Numbered from the stretch's first letter, positions 28,968 to 37,709 are shown. The stretch is DNA of 43,639 bases from Bacillales bacterium UBA2253 (GCA_002347755.1 DDXT01000071.1:1-43639); one strand, 5' to 3'. The notes: generated from the sequence alone by a model not told the origin. Made by a program: numbers and translations.

Positions 28968-29348
28968 TTACAAGTAATTTTTTCTTAGTCCTGTCATGGC
29001 TTTTAAAATTTCTGCAAGGATAATCCAAGCAATTGCACACAATGCCACAGCAAACAATTCTGAGGTGCTTTCGTTTTCTATACCAATTATACTCTTTACA
29101 AATATAAAAAATGGTCTTGTAACAAGGATCATTAGGATTGAAATAATGGTCCTAATTGTCCAATGGAATAAGCTCATAAGTATTGAGTTGTTTCCCAATT
29201 CATCAGAAATTCTTGATGTAAAGGTAAATGCATATATGAAAGCAATAACTGCAATAGCTCCACCGAGAATCTTGTCGTATAAATTGTTTCCAGTTAAAAT
29301 AAAGCCTGCTAAAATACCAAAATGAGCAAGCCTAAAAAGTGTTTTCAT
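28968..29348 (-). CDS. Hypothetical four-TM membrane protein
   Basis: 126-aa hydrophobic ORF in the same-strand gene string downstream of the XRE gene. Confidence 0.5.
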   Translation of the reverse strand: MKTLFRLAHFGILAGFILTGNNLYDKILGGAIAVIAFIYAFTFTSRISDELGNNSILMSLFHWTIRTIISILMILVTRPFFIFVKSIIGIENESTSELFAVALCAIAWIILAEILKAMTGLRKNYL

Positions 29349-29571
29349 TTCTCCACCTCCATTTCCTCATTATATAAATGAATGACTCAAAACACAATAA
29401 CAGTAACCTGTCAATCATAGTATATAATAACGAAATCAAATAAAATAGAGTAGTTGAAAACACTTCAAATATTAAGACACAAATTGATATTTTTTCAATT
29501 AACCTTGGGAAATAGTGCTCTAGGGTCTTTATCATTTTCTTGGTACATAAGCACATATTTTGTATATTCAA
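29332..29571 (-). CDS. Possible small membrane protein (weak call)
   Basis: 79-aa ORF that overlaps both neighbours. The start is uncertain and there is one hydrophobic stretch. Confidence 0.25.
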   Translation of the reverse strand: MNIQNMCLCTKKMIKTLEHYFPRLIEKISICVLIFEVFSTTLFYLISLLYTMIDRLLLLCFESFIYIMRKWRWRNENTF

Positions 29572-30142
29572 ATGAAACTTTTATGAAGTCAAATCCATTC
29601 AAAACAAGTAGGATAGTACTCACAATTAGAAATACCAAGTATTCTTTGAAACCAATTATGCATAACAAAATTGCATTGGAAAAAATGGCAAAATGAACCG
29701 CAAGAAATAGTTTGCTTGAGTTATAACCTGCTATTTCATTGTCATAAATTTCCGTTTTAAACTTCCTAGGCAAATCAATTATTGCATTAAGAGCACAGAA
29801 AAACAAAATCATCAATAAGAAGATCATTGCTACAAGCATCCTCCCCTCCGCTGAACTTTCCGATCCAATTCCATTGAGCAATGTAACATAGTAAAAGATT
29901 GAAAACAAAGATGAAAAGCGAATTATTAAACTCCATACGTAAAACTTATTTTTTGTTTCACTTCTGCGATAAAAAATATCATCCAAATAGTTAATTATAT
30001 AGGTTTTTTCCTCAAATGAGTTGAAGTATGTGACCCTAATCACAATTGGAATTCCTACTATTATTATTAAAGAAAAATACGGAGAAATGTCTTGAAGCAT
30101 GAGTGCCAAGAAAATCAACAGAGAAAAAATCAGAAAAAACAC
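29495..30142 (-). CDS. Hypothetical polytopic membrane protein
   Basis: 215-aa ORF with about six hydrophobic helices. The start overlaps the XRE gene stop. Confidence 0.55.
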   Translation of the reverse strand: MFFLIFSLLIFLALMLQDISPYFSLIIIVGIPIVIRVTYFNSFEEKTYIINYLDDIFYRRSETKNKFYVWSLIIRFSSLFSIFYYVTLLNGIGSESSAEGRMLVAMIFLLMILFFCALNAIIDLPRKFKTEIYDNEIAGYNSSKLFLAVHFAIFSNAILLCIIGFKEYLVFLIVSTILLVLNGFDFIKVSFEYTKYVLMYQENDKDPRALFPKVN

Positions 30143-30489
30143 AAAAAAACTTTAAATGGTTTTTTGAAGAAATTGCCATATTGTTTTATTTTAACAGATT
30201 GTTGGGCAACAATAGGATCGTAGGATTTGTCTTTAAAAACTTCTAACTTCTTTTTTTCCTGCACAGTATACACTAAATCATTCACGGTTATGTCGAAATA
30301 TTTGGCGGCTTGTTTCACTTGATCTAGCGTGGGGGATGAACTCCCATTTTTCCACTTTGACAAAGTGGATTCATCAATATTGTTGTCTTGTGCGTAATTT
30401 TTTTGAGTGATTCGTTTTCGAATTAAATAATCGAAAAAATTGCTAACAACCGCACTCTCAAATTTCATCATTTTTGATGTCTGTTTCAT
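30130..30489 (-). CDS. XRE-family HTH DNA-binding protein
   Basis: Start at ATG 30489, with GGGAGA 3 nt upstream. HTH is ITQKNYAQDNNIDESTLSKWKNGSSSPTLDQVKQAAKYFDITVNDLV. Confidence 0.75.
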   Translation of the reverse strand: MKQTSKMMKFESAVVSNFFDYLIRKRITQKNYAQDNNIDESTLSKWKNGSSSPTLDQVKQAAKYFDITVNDLVYTVQEKKKLEVFKDKSYDPIVAQQSVKIKQYGNFFKKPFKVFLCFF

Positions 30490-30521
30490 TTTTCTCCCTT
30501 CTTTTATCAAAAATCAAAATA

Positions 30522-30593
30522 TCCCCAATTTTTTTAAATGGATTCCCAAAATTTTTTAAAAAATCTTTCATAAACAAATCCCAAAAAATCCCC
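30522..30593. promoter_or_regulatory. Four copies of a TCCC(C)AA motif embedded in A/T tracts upstream of the XRE gene (candidate operators)
   Basis: ATCCCCAATTTTTTT (30521-), ATTCCCAAAATTTTTT (30542-), AATCCCAAAAAATCCCC (30577-30593). Confidence 0.3.
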
Positions 30594-30672
30594 TAGTTTA
30601 ACAAATGTCGTAATTATTTAATTGAATGATGAAAGATTCTCAGTCCTATAATTATTTGAAAGGGAAAACATT

Positions 30673-32694
30673 TTACATTTCTTTCCGGTTTTGTAACTTC
30701 GGGATAATTGTTTTTGATAGATACTCTTCAATCTGGCTAAGGACGAAAGAAAAAATTTTCTTTCCCTCAATGTCTGAAAAATCCGATCTTATCTTTGATA
30801 ATCCATTATTTAATTCTTCAATTGCAGGTAAATCACCCGAGTAAAACTCACCAATGTTTCCAAAATTATATACTTTTTGCAAAATGTCGTAAAAAAAACA
30901 ATTTAAATCATCAATATTACATTTTCCAATATTATCTAAAATTGAGGGGATATTTAGGTATCCTATAATTGATTTTTTTTCTCCTTTTGAACTCAACCCA
31001 TGTTTGTTTATACTGATTACAATTTCTTTTACCCAATTTTTACTTTGCGAATTGTCCTTTCCTGTTTTTTCCATTATTTGTTCATTGTGTTTTTTCACTT
31101 CAACATCGATTTTTGAAAAGAGCTTATTGATTTCGTCAATTATGTCTTTATTTGAAAACGTGATTGAAGAATGAAAGAACCCATCATTCGGAATTTCTTT
31201 ATCAACAGAGGCTATTTTTGCAATTAAATCATCTGCAATCTTTGGAACATCCATTTCTTCATTTTTAAAAATCTCATTATAGAAATAACCAAAATGGATT
31301 AACTGCTTATAGATGTTAATATCTATGGGATTATTATTTATCCCTTGGATAGTCCTAACCATTCTCCCCTTCAAATCGTCGTCTTCAAGATTAATCCAAT
31401 GAGTTTGCAGTTCTTTTAACGGGTTGTTTTGTCCGGTGCTTTCTTGGGCTTTGTGGTTTGTAAGTTCTTTGTCAATGTCGCTTAAGATTTTTTCCATTTT
31501 TTCGAAATAAATAATAGATGTGTCAAGGAATTTACCGACCTCAGATTTAAATAATTGGTTTGTTTCTTTTGAAAGACCATTTTCGAATGAGAAGTCAAAG
31601 TCTGAATCCGAACGGATGGGTGCAAGACGTGGATCCTTGATAATAATGGAAAGAAAGAAAATGGAATCAATTACTTGGTTGGTAACCTCTTTTTTATTTT
31701 TCAAACCCAGTTTCTCAATTAACTTATTGACCTTGTCCAACATTTCTAGTCCAAATTGAAAGGTTCTAATATTGTTACAATGGTAGTTTGTAAATATGTT
31801 AGAAACCCTTATCGCAGTTCCCTCATCCATTTTTTCGTTTGATAATTTTGAAAAGATTTCTGGCAGGTCTGGGGTAAAGTCAACAGTAAAACCTATCAAT
31901 TTCTCTTTTATTGTTTCATAATTTGAGGGATTAGGAAATAAGTAGTTGATTTGTTTATTAAGGGTGTCAATGTCAGTTTTAATTACTCCATTGGAAATTA
32001 ATGGTGTCTTTTCTGGCAGATTTCCAAATCCAAGTTTTGGTTGACCATTCTCTTTTTCTTCAATAGGCAGTTCCAAATTTTTTACCAACTCATACTTTAA
32101 AACAATGTTTTCCGATAAAAACCGACTTTTTATCTCCTCTTCATTTCCGATAAGGATCGTCTTAATGGAATACTCCTCTACAAAATTATTGATGAATCCG
32201 AGTAATTCAACAATTTCTATCCGTGACCTCTCTATATCATCAAGAAGTAATACAACTTCTGTTCCATCTAAATATGGCCAATAATCACTAATCTGAGGAA
32301 AAGTAAATTCCATTCCCAAATATTTTGTGATTAGCCCTTTAACTAACGCTTTTGTGGTTCCTTTGGCAACTTCCCATGCGTATTTTTTTCTTCCTTTGCT
32401 TCCAACGCGCCTTCCGCTTTTGAATGAAAAATTCATGTTTTTTCCAAAAAAAATGGTCTTATTAAACAACTCTTTGGATATATCCGACAAATTTTCTATC
32501 CCATAAAGCGAGATGTAAATTGGGATTAGTGGTTTCTTAGCGCTTGTTTTTGTATTTTTAATTTTTTGCATTAAGTCGTTCTGAATATAATAGGTTTTTC
32601 CGGAACCCCATGCACCGTTAATAAGAATTGCATTTTTTAGTTTGCTTTCAGTAAGATAGTGAATAATTAGTTCATTTAGTTCAACCAAATTCAT
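30673..32694 (-). CDS. KAP-family P-loop NTPase with no obvious TM insertion
   Basis: 673 aa. Walker A NGAWGSGKTYY, Walker B VVLLLDDIERS (the hhhhDDxxR pattern typical of KAP NTPases), and a long helical C-terminal region. GGAG Shine-Dalgarno is present. Confidence 0.75.
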   Translation of the reverse strand: MNLVELNELIIHYLTESKLKNAILINGAWGSGKTYYIQNDLMQKIKNTKTSAKKPLIPIYISLYGIENLSDISKELFNKTIFFGKNMNFSFKSGRRVGSKGRKKYAWEVAKGTTKALVKGLITKYLGMEFTFPQISDYWPYLDGTEVVLLLDDIERSRIEIVELLGFINNFVEEYSIKTILIGNEEEIKSRFLSENIVLKYELVKNLELPIEEKENGQPKLGFGNLPEKTPLISNGVIKTDIDTLNKQINYLFPNPSNYETIKEKLIGFTVDFTPDLPEIFSKLSNEKMDEGTAIRVSNIFTNYHCNNIRTFQFGLEMLDKVNKLIEKLGLKNKKEVTNQVIDSIFFLSIIIKDPRLAPIRSDSDFDFSFENGLSKETNQLFKSEVGKFLDTSIIYFEKMEKILSDIDKELTNHKAQESTGQNNPLKELQTHWINLEDDDLKGRMVRTIQGINNNPIDINIYKQLIHFGYFYNEIFKNEEMDVPKIADDLIAKIASVDKEIPNDGFFHSSITFSNKDIIDEINKLFSKIDVEVKKHNEQIMEKTGKDNSQSKNWVKEIVISINKHGLSSKGEKKSIIGYLNIPSILDNIGKCNIDDLNCFFYDILQKVYNFGNIGEFYSGDLPAIEELNNGLSKIRSDFSDIEGKKIFSFVLSQIEEYLSKTIIPKLQNRKEM

Positions 32695-33055
32695 TATTTT
32701 TGCTCCTTTTCTGGATTATTTTTAATTGTTCCACTGGAAATTTTGATTTTTGTACAAATCTGTGCTGTTTCAATATGTTGTTTTTAATATAAACCAATCC
32801 GGTTTTTTCAAAAGGAGAATTAATTGCCTCCCTCCAATTGGTAAATCAATATTGCTTTCGCTTTTTAAATTCATTTTCACTTTTTTTTGAAACTGTGATG
32901 AATTTTTAATCAGAATCATGAGCTAATAATTTTAACTCATTTTAATTATATCATTTTTCGTAAATTAAAACTAATTTTTTGACAAATACGCGGTTTCTGA
33001 ATCTGTTGTGTCAAAATACTTAATAATTTTTTATAAATTTTAAAAAATATTTGCT

Positions 33056-33088
33056 TTTTATCATAGTTTTTGATAAAATTTTTATCAA
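33056..33088. promoter_or_regulatory. Nested inverted repeats (TTTTATCA / TGATAAAA / TTTTATCA) just upstream of the endonuclease start
   Basis: TTGATAAAA-T-TTTTATCAA is a perfect 9-bp palindrome at 33070-33088, 14 nt before ATG 33102. A third half-site, TTTTATCA, lies at 33056-33063. Confidence 0.45.
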
Positions 33089-33101
33089 AGAGGTTTAGAT
33101 T

Positions 33102-33863
33102 ATGACAAACGCAATTGAAACATTAGATGATTTTAAAAGAAGGTTCGAGGAAATTAAACAAATGGGTTGGGTTACAACGCATCGTTCGGGAAATACCGGA
33201 ATTGGAAAAACCTTGGAAGACTTGCTCGGAATACCGGAAAACAACATTCAACAACCTGATTTTGGAATTTATGAATTGAAGTCCGGAAGAAGCAATAGAA
33301 ATTCAATGCTCACCTTAGTAACAAAATCGCCAGATCCAGAAAAAGCCAATTCAAACCTTTTAAATAAATTTGGTTATTATTCTCCAAGGTCTAAGGATAA
33401 AACGCACAAGAGTCTGCACACAACAATTAAATTTGGAAAAGATACAATAATTTTTAAAACGGAAAAAACGTTAAGGCCTGACATTTTAAAAAACTTTAAA
33501 ACTGAACATGGGTATTTAGAAACATTAACTTTGATTTCCAATTTTGGAATTGAAGACGCCTTCTGGCCAATTCAGACTATCAAGGAGGTCATTGATGAAA
33601 AATTTGGAAATGAATTGGTGTATGTTTTAGCCGAAAGCAGGGGATCAAGAGAAAACGAACAATTCAAATTTAACCAAGCTTATCTTCTTAAAGGCATAAA
33701 TGGTGAGAGAATTGTCGAACTCATTAGGCAAGAAGTAATCTGTATTGATATTAGAATTGGGCAATTCGCAGATGGAACGGCCCACGACCATGGTACAGCT
33801 TTTAGAATCAAGCCTTCAGATTTCGAAAAACTCTTCAATGAAAAAATGAGAATTGATGAATAA
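33102..33863 (+). CDS. Type II restriction endonuclease of the MvaI/BcnI family
   Basis: 253 aa. TGIGKTLEDLLGIPENNIQQPDFGIYELKSGR carries the PD...E-x-K core. The C-terminal LVYVLAESRGSRENEQFKFNQAYLL ... HDHGTAFRIKPSDFEKLF parallels the BcnI sequence as I recall it. Confidence 0.8.
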   Translation: MTNAIETLDDFKRRFEEIKQMGWVTTHRSGNTGIGKTLEDLLGIPENNIQQPDFGIYELKSGRSNRNSMLTLVTKSPDPEKANSNLLNKFGYYSPRSKDKTHKSLHTTIKFGKDTIIFKTEKTLRPDILKNFKTEHGYLETLTLISNFGIEDAFWPIQTIKEVIDEKFGNELVYVLAESRGSRENEQFKFNQAYLLKGINGERIVELIRQEVICIDIRIGQFADGTAHDHGTAFRIKPSDFEKLFNEKMRIDE

Positions 33864-33878
33864 AATTGTCATAAAAAT

Positions 33879-33905
33879 AGGATATGGTCTATAATGCCAT
33901 ATCCT
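33879..33905. terminator. Bidirectional hairpin terminator between the convergent R and M genes
   Basis: AGGATATGG-tctataatg-CCATATCCT, a 9-bp stem with T-rich flanks on both strands. Confidence 0.6.
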
Positions 33906-33913
33906 TTACAATT

Positions 33914-36100
33914 TTATTTTCTCCGTCTAAATACAACTATATGCTCATTTGTCATTGTGGATACTTTCAAGCCTGGTTCGTTAGTTGGTGAATTTAATGA
34001 AGGCATAATCTTTTTACTTATATTTCTATTTATTTTATAAATTTCTTCTAGATTTTGGGCTTTTCCAAATTCGGAAATTATTTTATCCGTCATTAATAAT
34101 TCCCCTTTTACTGTTCTATTGCCAATTACCCAAAACTGATACCCACCTATTTTCGTCTTTTTAACAATTTCTTTTATTGATGAATATAGTTCATTGTAAA
34201 AGCTATAGACATCCCCCGCTCTTTCTAAATCAATGTCTTTAATAATTGATAGGGAATTCTTTAGTGTTTCGCTTGGAAGAAGATATTCAAAACCATTTCT
34301 ATATTTCTTTCCTCCCATTAACGACTTATCAATCCCCATAATTTCCTTTTCAGTCAAATTAAACAAACCCAGCCATTGTAGGGATAATCTGCTATACTCG
34401 CCATAAGCTACCGTTGTTCTGCTATCGCCATATGGTGGTGAAGTAATAACCAAATCAAAAGTTTCATCATTAATATCTATTAAGTCTGTGGCGTTATCGC
34501 TAAATATTTTGATTAATGACTGGGAACCTGACTCATTGCAAACTTCATTAAAACTATTCATCTTTTCCATGTTTCTTTTTGTTATTTTGGCGAATTCATC
34601 GGCAACATTCGGGTTAAAAATCGCAACTTTTCTTGCTGGCATCCTGAACATTTTAAATTCGCCATTTCTTCTGTTTGAAACCAACCTGATGGTTTCACTG
34701 AGGCAAACAAAAAAGAATTTTCTCATATCTTCATCGTCAATAAGTTCATTGATGGAATTCTTTATTTCTTGAAGCATAATAATAACTTTTGGTTTAAACC
34801 AATATCCAATATTTTTAAAATCCGGTATTATTAACGAAATATTATTGTTTTTACAATATTTTTGTAGGTATTTGGGTGCTTCTTCTCCCCATGGTTTCTT
34901 TGCGGTTAAATCTAGTCCTTCACTATTTGATAAAAAGTCATTTACATTTTCAATTGCTCGAAGATTCGTTTGGTAAAAAGAATCGATTCTCTTGAACAAG
35001 TTCTTGGCTTTTTCCTGCAAATTTGAAATTTCAATATTTGTCGTTTTTACTCTTTCAAGTAATAGGGCCAATGGGTTTATGTCATTTCCAACTACAAAAT
35101 TTATCCCCGCTATTTTTCCTTCAACTAAGACCGTTCCCGAACCTGCAAAGGGATCAAACAAAGAATTTATTGGCCTCGTTTCTTTCATAATTTTAATTAT
35201 ATTCCTACTAATGGGGCACACCATTACAGCAGGATAGTTATGTAGCCCATGTGTATATTCTTGAGTATCATCATTTTTGAAGTCCCAATAACCTTCAGAA
35301 AGAGATTCTAGCCTATCAATTAAACCAATGTCATTCAAATTAACCGTTTCATTCATTTTCTTCATTTCTTTTTGTTCTCCAAACAATTGTAAACCAACAT
35401 TTCTTGTTTTAATTTCAACTGTACAAATTGTGTCGTTATGCCACCCGCCATGTGGAACCATTAAAATCCTTTTTATCTCAAAGCCATATTTATTGCCTAT
35501 TCCTCCGCTATTCCATCCAAACGTGACAACTTTTCCACCAACTTTTACAATTCTTGATATTTCACGCTTGTGATTCCCCCAAAATGATGCTTTTGTTGTG
35601 TCCCATGTGACATTATAACCCACATCATTATAGCATTCACTTACTTGTCTTGGAGAATAGGGAGGGTCGTACAATACACCATCAATTGAATAATCATCAA
35701 ACATTTTAAAAAAATCTAAAGCATCCACATGATAATCTGTATTAAATCCCGCGTTTAAGTCGTTTGTTATGGTGGCAAGTTTGTTCTTGTTTGCAAAGGG
35801 ATCAATCCATGTTCCATCAGTTAACTCTTCCTCAATCAACTGAGCAATGGGTTTAATATCAAAGGTGTTTTTATTTGGCATTGCCCAAGAGCGCTCAATG
35901 ATTAGGTTTGTGTTTTTTGAAGGTTGCTCATAAATGGTTTTCTTTCTTGCGTCTTCCGGCTTTCCGAGGTTTTCCGGGATTGTCCAAACGTTTCCCACTC
36001 TTTGTGCCCCAGCAAGTCGTCCCTGGTTACACAATACTTGTACTCTTCTTGGAGATATGTCCCAAATTTCTGCTACCTGTTTTATGCTTAAATATTTCAT
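33914..36100 (-). CDS. DNA methyltransferase fusion: N-terminal HTH, a DPPY MTase module and an SPPY (N4-C/N6-A type) MTase module
   Basis: 728 aa from ATG 36100 (GGTGA upstream). HTH is LSIKQVAEIWDISPRRVQVLCNQGRLAGAQRVGNVWTIPE. Module 1 has WIDPFA ... GVLYDPPYS. Module 2 has LFDPFAGSGTVLVEG ... DLVITSPPYGD. Confidence 0.8.
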   Translation of the reverse strand: MKYLSIKQVAEIWDISPRRVQVLCNQGRLAGAQRVGNVWTIPENLGKPEDARKKTIYEQPSKNTNLIIERSWAMPNKNTFDIKPIAQLIEEELTDGTWIDPFANKNKLATITNDLNAGFNTDYHVDALDFFKMFDDYSIDGVLYDPPYSPRQVSECYNDVGYNVTWDTTKASFWGNHKREISRIVKVGGKVVTFGWNSGGIGNKYGFEIKRILMVPHGGWHNDTICTVEIKTRNVGLQLFGEQKEMKKMNETVNLNDIGLIDRLESLSEGYWDFKNDDTQEYTHGLHNYPAVMVCPISRNIIKIMKETRPINSLFDPFAGSGTVLVEGKIAGINFVVGNDINPLALLLERVKTTNIEISNLQEKAKNLFKRIDSFYQTNLRAIENVNDFLSNSEGLDLTAKKPWGEEAPKYLQKYCKNNNISLIIPDFKNIGYWFKPKVIIMLQEIKNSINELIDDEDMRKFFFVCLSETIRLVSNRRNGEFKMFRMPARKVAIFNPNVADEFAKITKRNMEKMNSFNEVCNESGSQSLIKIFSDNATDLIDINDETFDLVITSPPYGDSRTTVAYGEYSRLSLQWLGLFNLTEKEIMGIDKSLMGGKKYRNGFEYLLPSETLKNSLSIIKDIDLERAGDVYSFYNELYSSIKEIVKKTKIGGYQFWVIGNRTVKGELLMTDKIISEFGKAQNLEEIYKINRNISKKIMPSLNSPTNEPGLKVSTMTNEHIVVFRRRK

Positions 36101-36328
36101 TTTTTTCACCAATATGATTGTATTCCGGAATGCGAATAATTGCAAGGACTTTTGTGCTGTTTTTTATTTTAAAATTGACTTTTAGAAGACAATTTCCGAG
36201 CCTTCAAAAAAGTGGATAGGTAGACTATTTTTGGATTTTCTCAAAAAAAGAAATTTGGTTTCTTTTTCAGTCACACTTTTCGCACACGGAAATACATGGT
36301 ATAATGACAACTCGAAAGAAGGGAAAAA

Positions 36329-36745
36329 ATGGCAAATATTTCTGATTTGATTCTGCTTATCAATTATCCAAACTCCAGCATCACAGGGACAAGCATTGCT
36401 GTCCAAAACCAAAACTATAATACTAAAAATGCAAGAATCAATTATCCATCATCCTATAAAGTTAATGCAAGAAGAAAAACCCCAATATCGGATTTTTTCT
36501 TCTTTTCGGGATTTCACACATTTTGGTATTTATGCATTTGTCGATAATAATGATGAAATTTTATATTTTGGCAAAGCAAGAAAAGAAACAGTAAAGGAAA
36601 GAATAACGGATCATTATTAAAAAAGGGTCAAAGACTTTATTGAACACAAAAGAATTATTTGTTCGATACCGTTTTGCCAAGAAAACAAATTGATTATGAT
36701 GAAGCTCTTTTTATTGGGGTATTCCGGCAAATTTATAATTTTTGA
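36329..36745 (+). pseudogene. Decayed GIY-YIG nuclease-domain gene
   Basis: An extended -10 (TGGTATAAT near 36297-36305) and a GAAGGGA Shine-Dalgarno precede ATG 36329. The GIY-YIG motif (FGIYAFVDNNDEILYFGKA) lies in a different frame (36396-36620), which then hits TAA. A third frame carries a plausible C-terminal piece (DYDEALFIGVFRQIYNF). Confidence 0.4.
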
Positions 36746-36788
36746 AGTATAATCAACAATATTTGACGAACATATTAAAAAAAAGCTT

Positions 36789-37004
36789 TTATTCAAAACT
36801 TCTTTTAGAGGCTAACAAATACTTAAGGTTGCTGATGTCATAATTTCCATTTTCTTCTGATATGTGCGATAGTGATTTCCCTCTTAAAATATTGCCCTCA
36901 CACATCTTTAGTTTGTCTTCATGTGTCAATTTCATATAAAAAAGACTCATTTGTTTTAGGTTAGGTACCATTATAATGCCCTCTCTCCAACCTTTTGAAG
37001 TCAT
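36789..37004 (-). mobile_element. IS3-family (IS150-like) orfA 5' remnant
   Basis: MKLTHEDKLKMCEGNILRGKSLSHISEENGNYDISNLKYLL resembles the N-terminal HTH of IS3/IS150 OrfA proteins. It diverges and stops after about 48 codons, and no orfB follows. Confidence 0.5.
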
Positions 37005-37149
37005 TTCATTCTTATGTGTGTAAGAGCCACCATTTTAATACAATTTGTATCCCTTCCAAAAGTTCGTTCCCCCCCTGTATAAAAAAGGAGATACTTAACG
37101 TACCCCAAAAATATGAATTCATTGAGTATCATTCAATACTATTTTCAGG

Positions 37150-37602
37150 TTATTTAACTAATAAATCCTCAGCTATTACATGTAATTTCTCATCCACCGT
37201 TTTATCCGTTAATTTCAAACTTTTTAGTCCCTTTGTCCCTAGATGACATAAAGCCTTAATAAAAGAAATTCCCGCTTCATTAAGAACACATTCAGCATCT
37301 TTGCCAAAAGAAAAAACAATTTTTATTTTAAAGAGAGAATCCTTAATTCTATCAATATTTTCAGGTGATTTAATGTCCCAAATATAAGAAGTTGTTCTCT
37401 TATCGTCAGAATTAAGATATCCTTCGTAATAAACATTTTCACTAGAATTATCTATGTGGTATCCCTTTTTACAAACTGAAGTGAATATATCAGGAGGCGA
37501 TTCATGAAATATAGAAATCAATTGAATGTAATTATCCCCCGTTTTTCCCGATAAAAACTCACCCGTTTTTTTCCTTGTTGACCAGGACAAGAAAAGACAC
37601 AA
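37150..37602 (-). CDS. Hypothetical ORF with no ATG anywhere in frame, possibly a 5'-truncated gene
   Basis: A 150-codon open frame whose only start candidate is TTG. It has no internal Met, no Shine-Dalgarno and no recognised family. Confidence 0.25.
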   Translation of the reverse strand: MCLFLSWSTRKKTGEFLSGKTGDNYIQLISIFHESPPDIFTSVCKKGYHIDNSSENVYYEGYLNSDDKRTTSYIWDIKSPENIDRIKDSLFKIKIVFSFGKDAECVLNEAGISFIKALCHLGTKGLKSLKLTDKTVDEKLHVIAEDLLVK

Positions 37603-37607
37603 GCAAC

Positions 37608-37709
37608 TTAAACATCATTGGATGGGGCTTTTGCTTTCACTGTAGCTCTTGTTTTACCTTCAGACATTACCCCTTCTTTAGTTTTTTTTTTCTTTTTTTC
37701 TAAACCCAT
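37608..37709 (-). CDS. Possible 33-aa Lys-rich mini-ORF (weak call)
   Basis: ATG 37709 gives MGLEKKKKKTKEGVMSEGKTRATVKAKAPSNDV, ending at TAA 37608-37610. It begins with A7 and A10 homopolymers (T runs at 37693-37699 and 37682-37691 on the plus strand). Confidence 0.2.
   Translation of the reverse strand: MGLEKKKKKTKEGVMSEGKTRATVKAKAPSNDV

Noticed and set aside
36182-36412. A 76-aa minus-strand ORF between the MTase and the GIY-YIG remnant.
   Set aside because: It has no Shine-Dalgarno, overlaps the plus-strand promoter and start region, and has no recognisable features.
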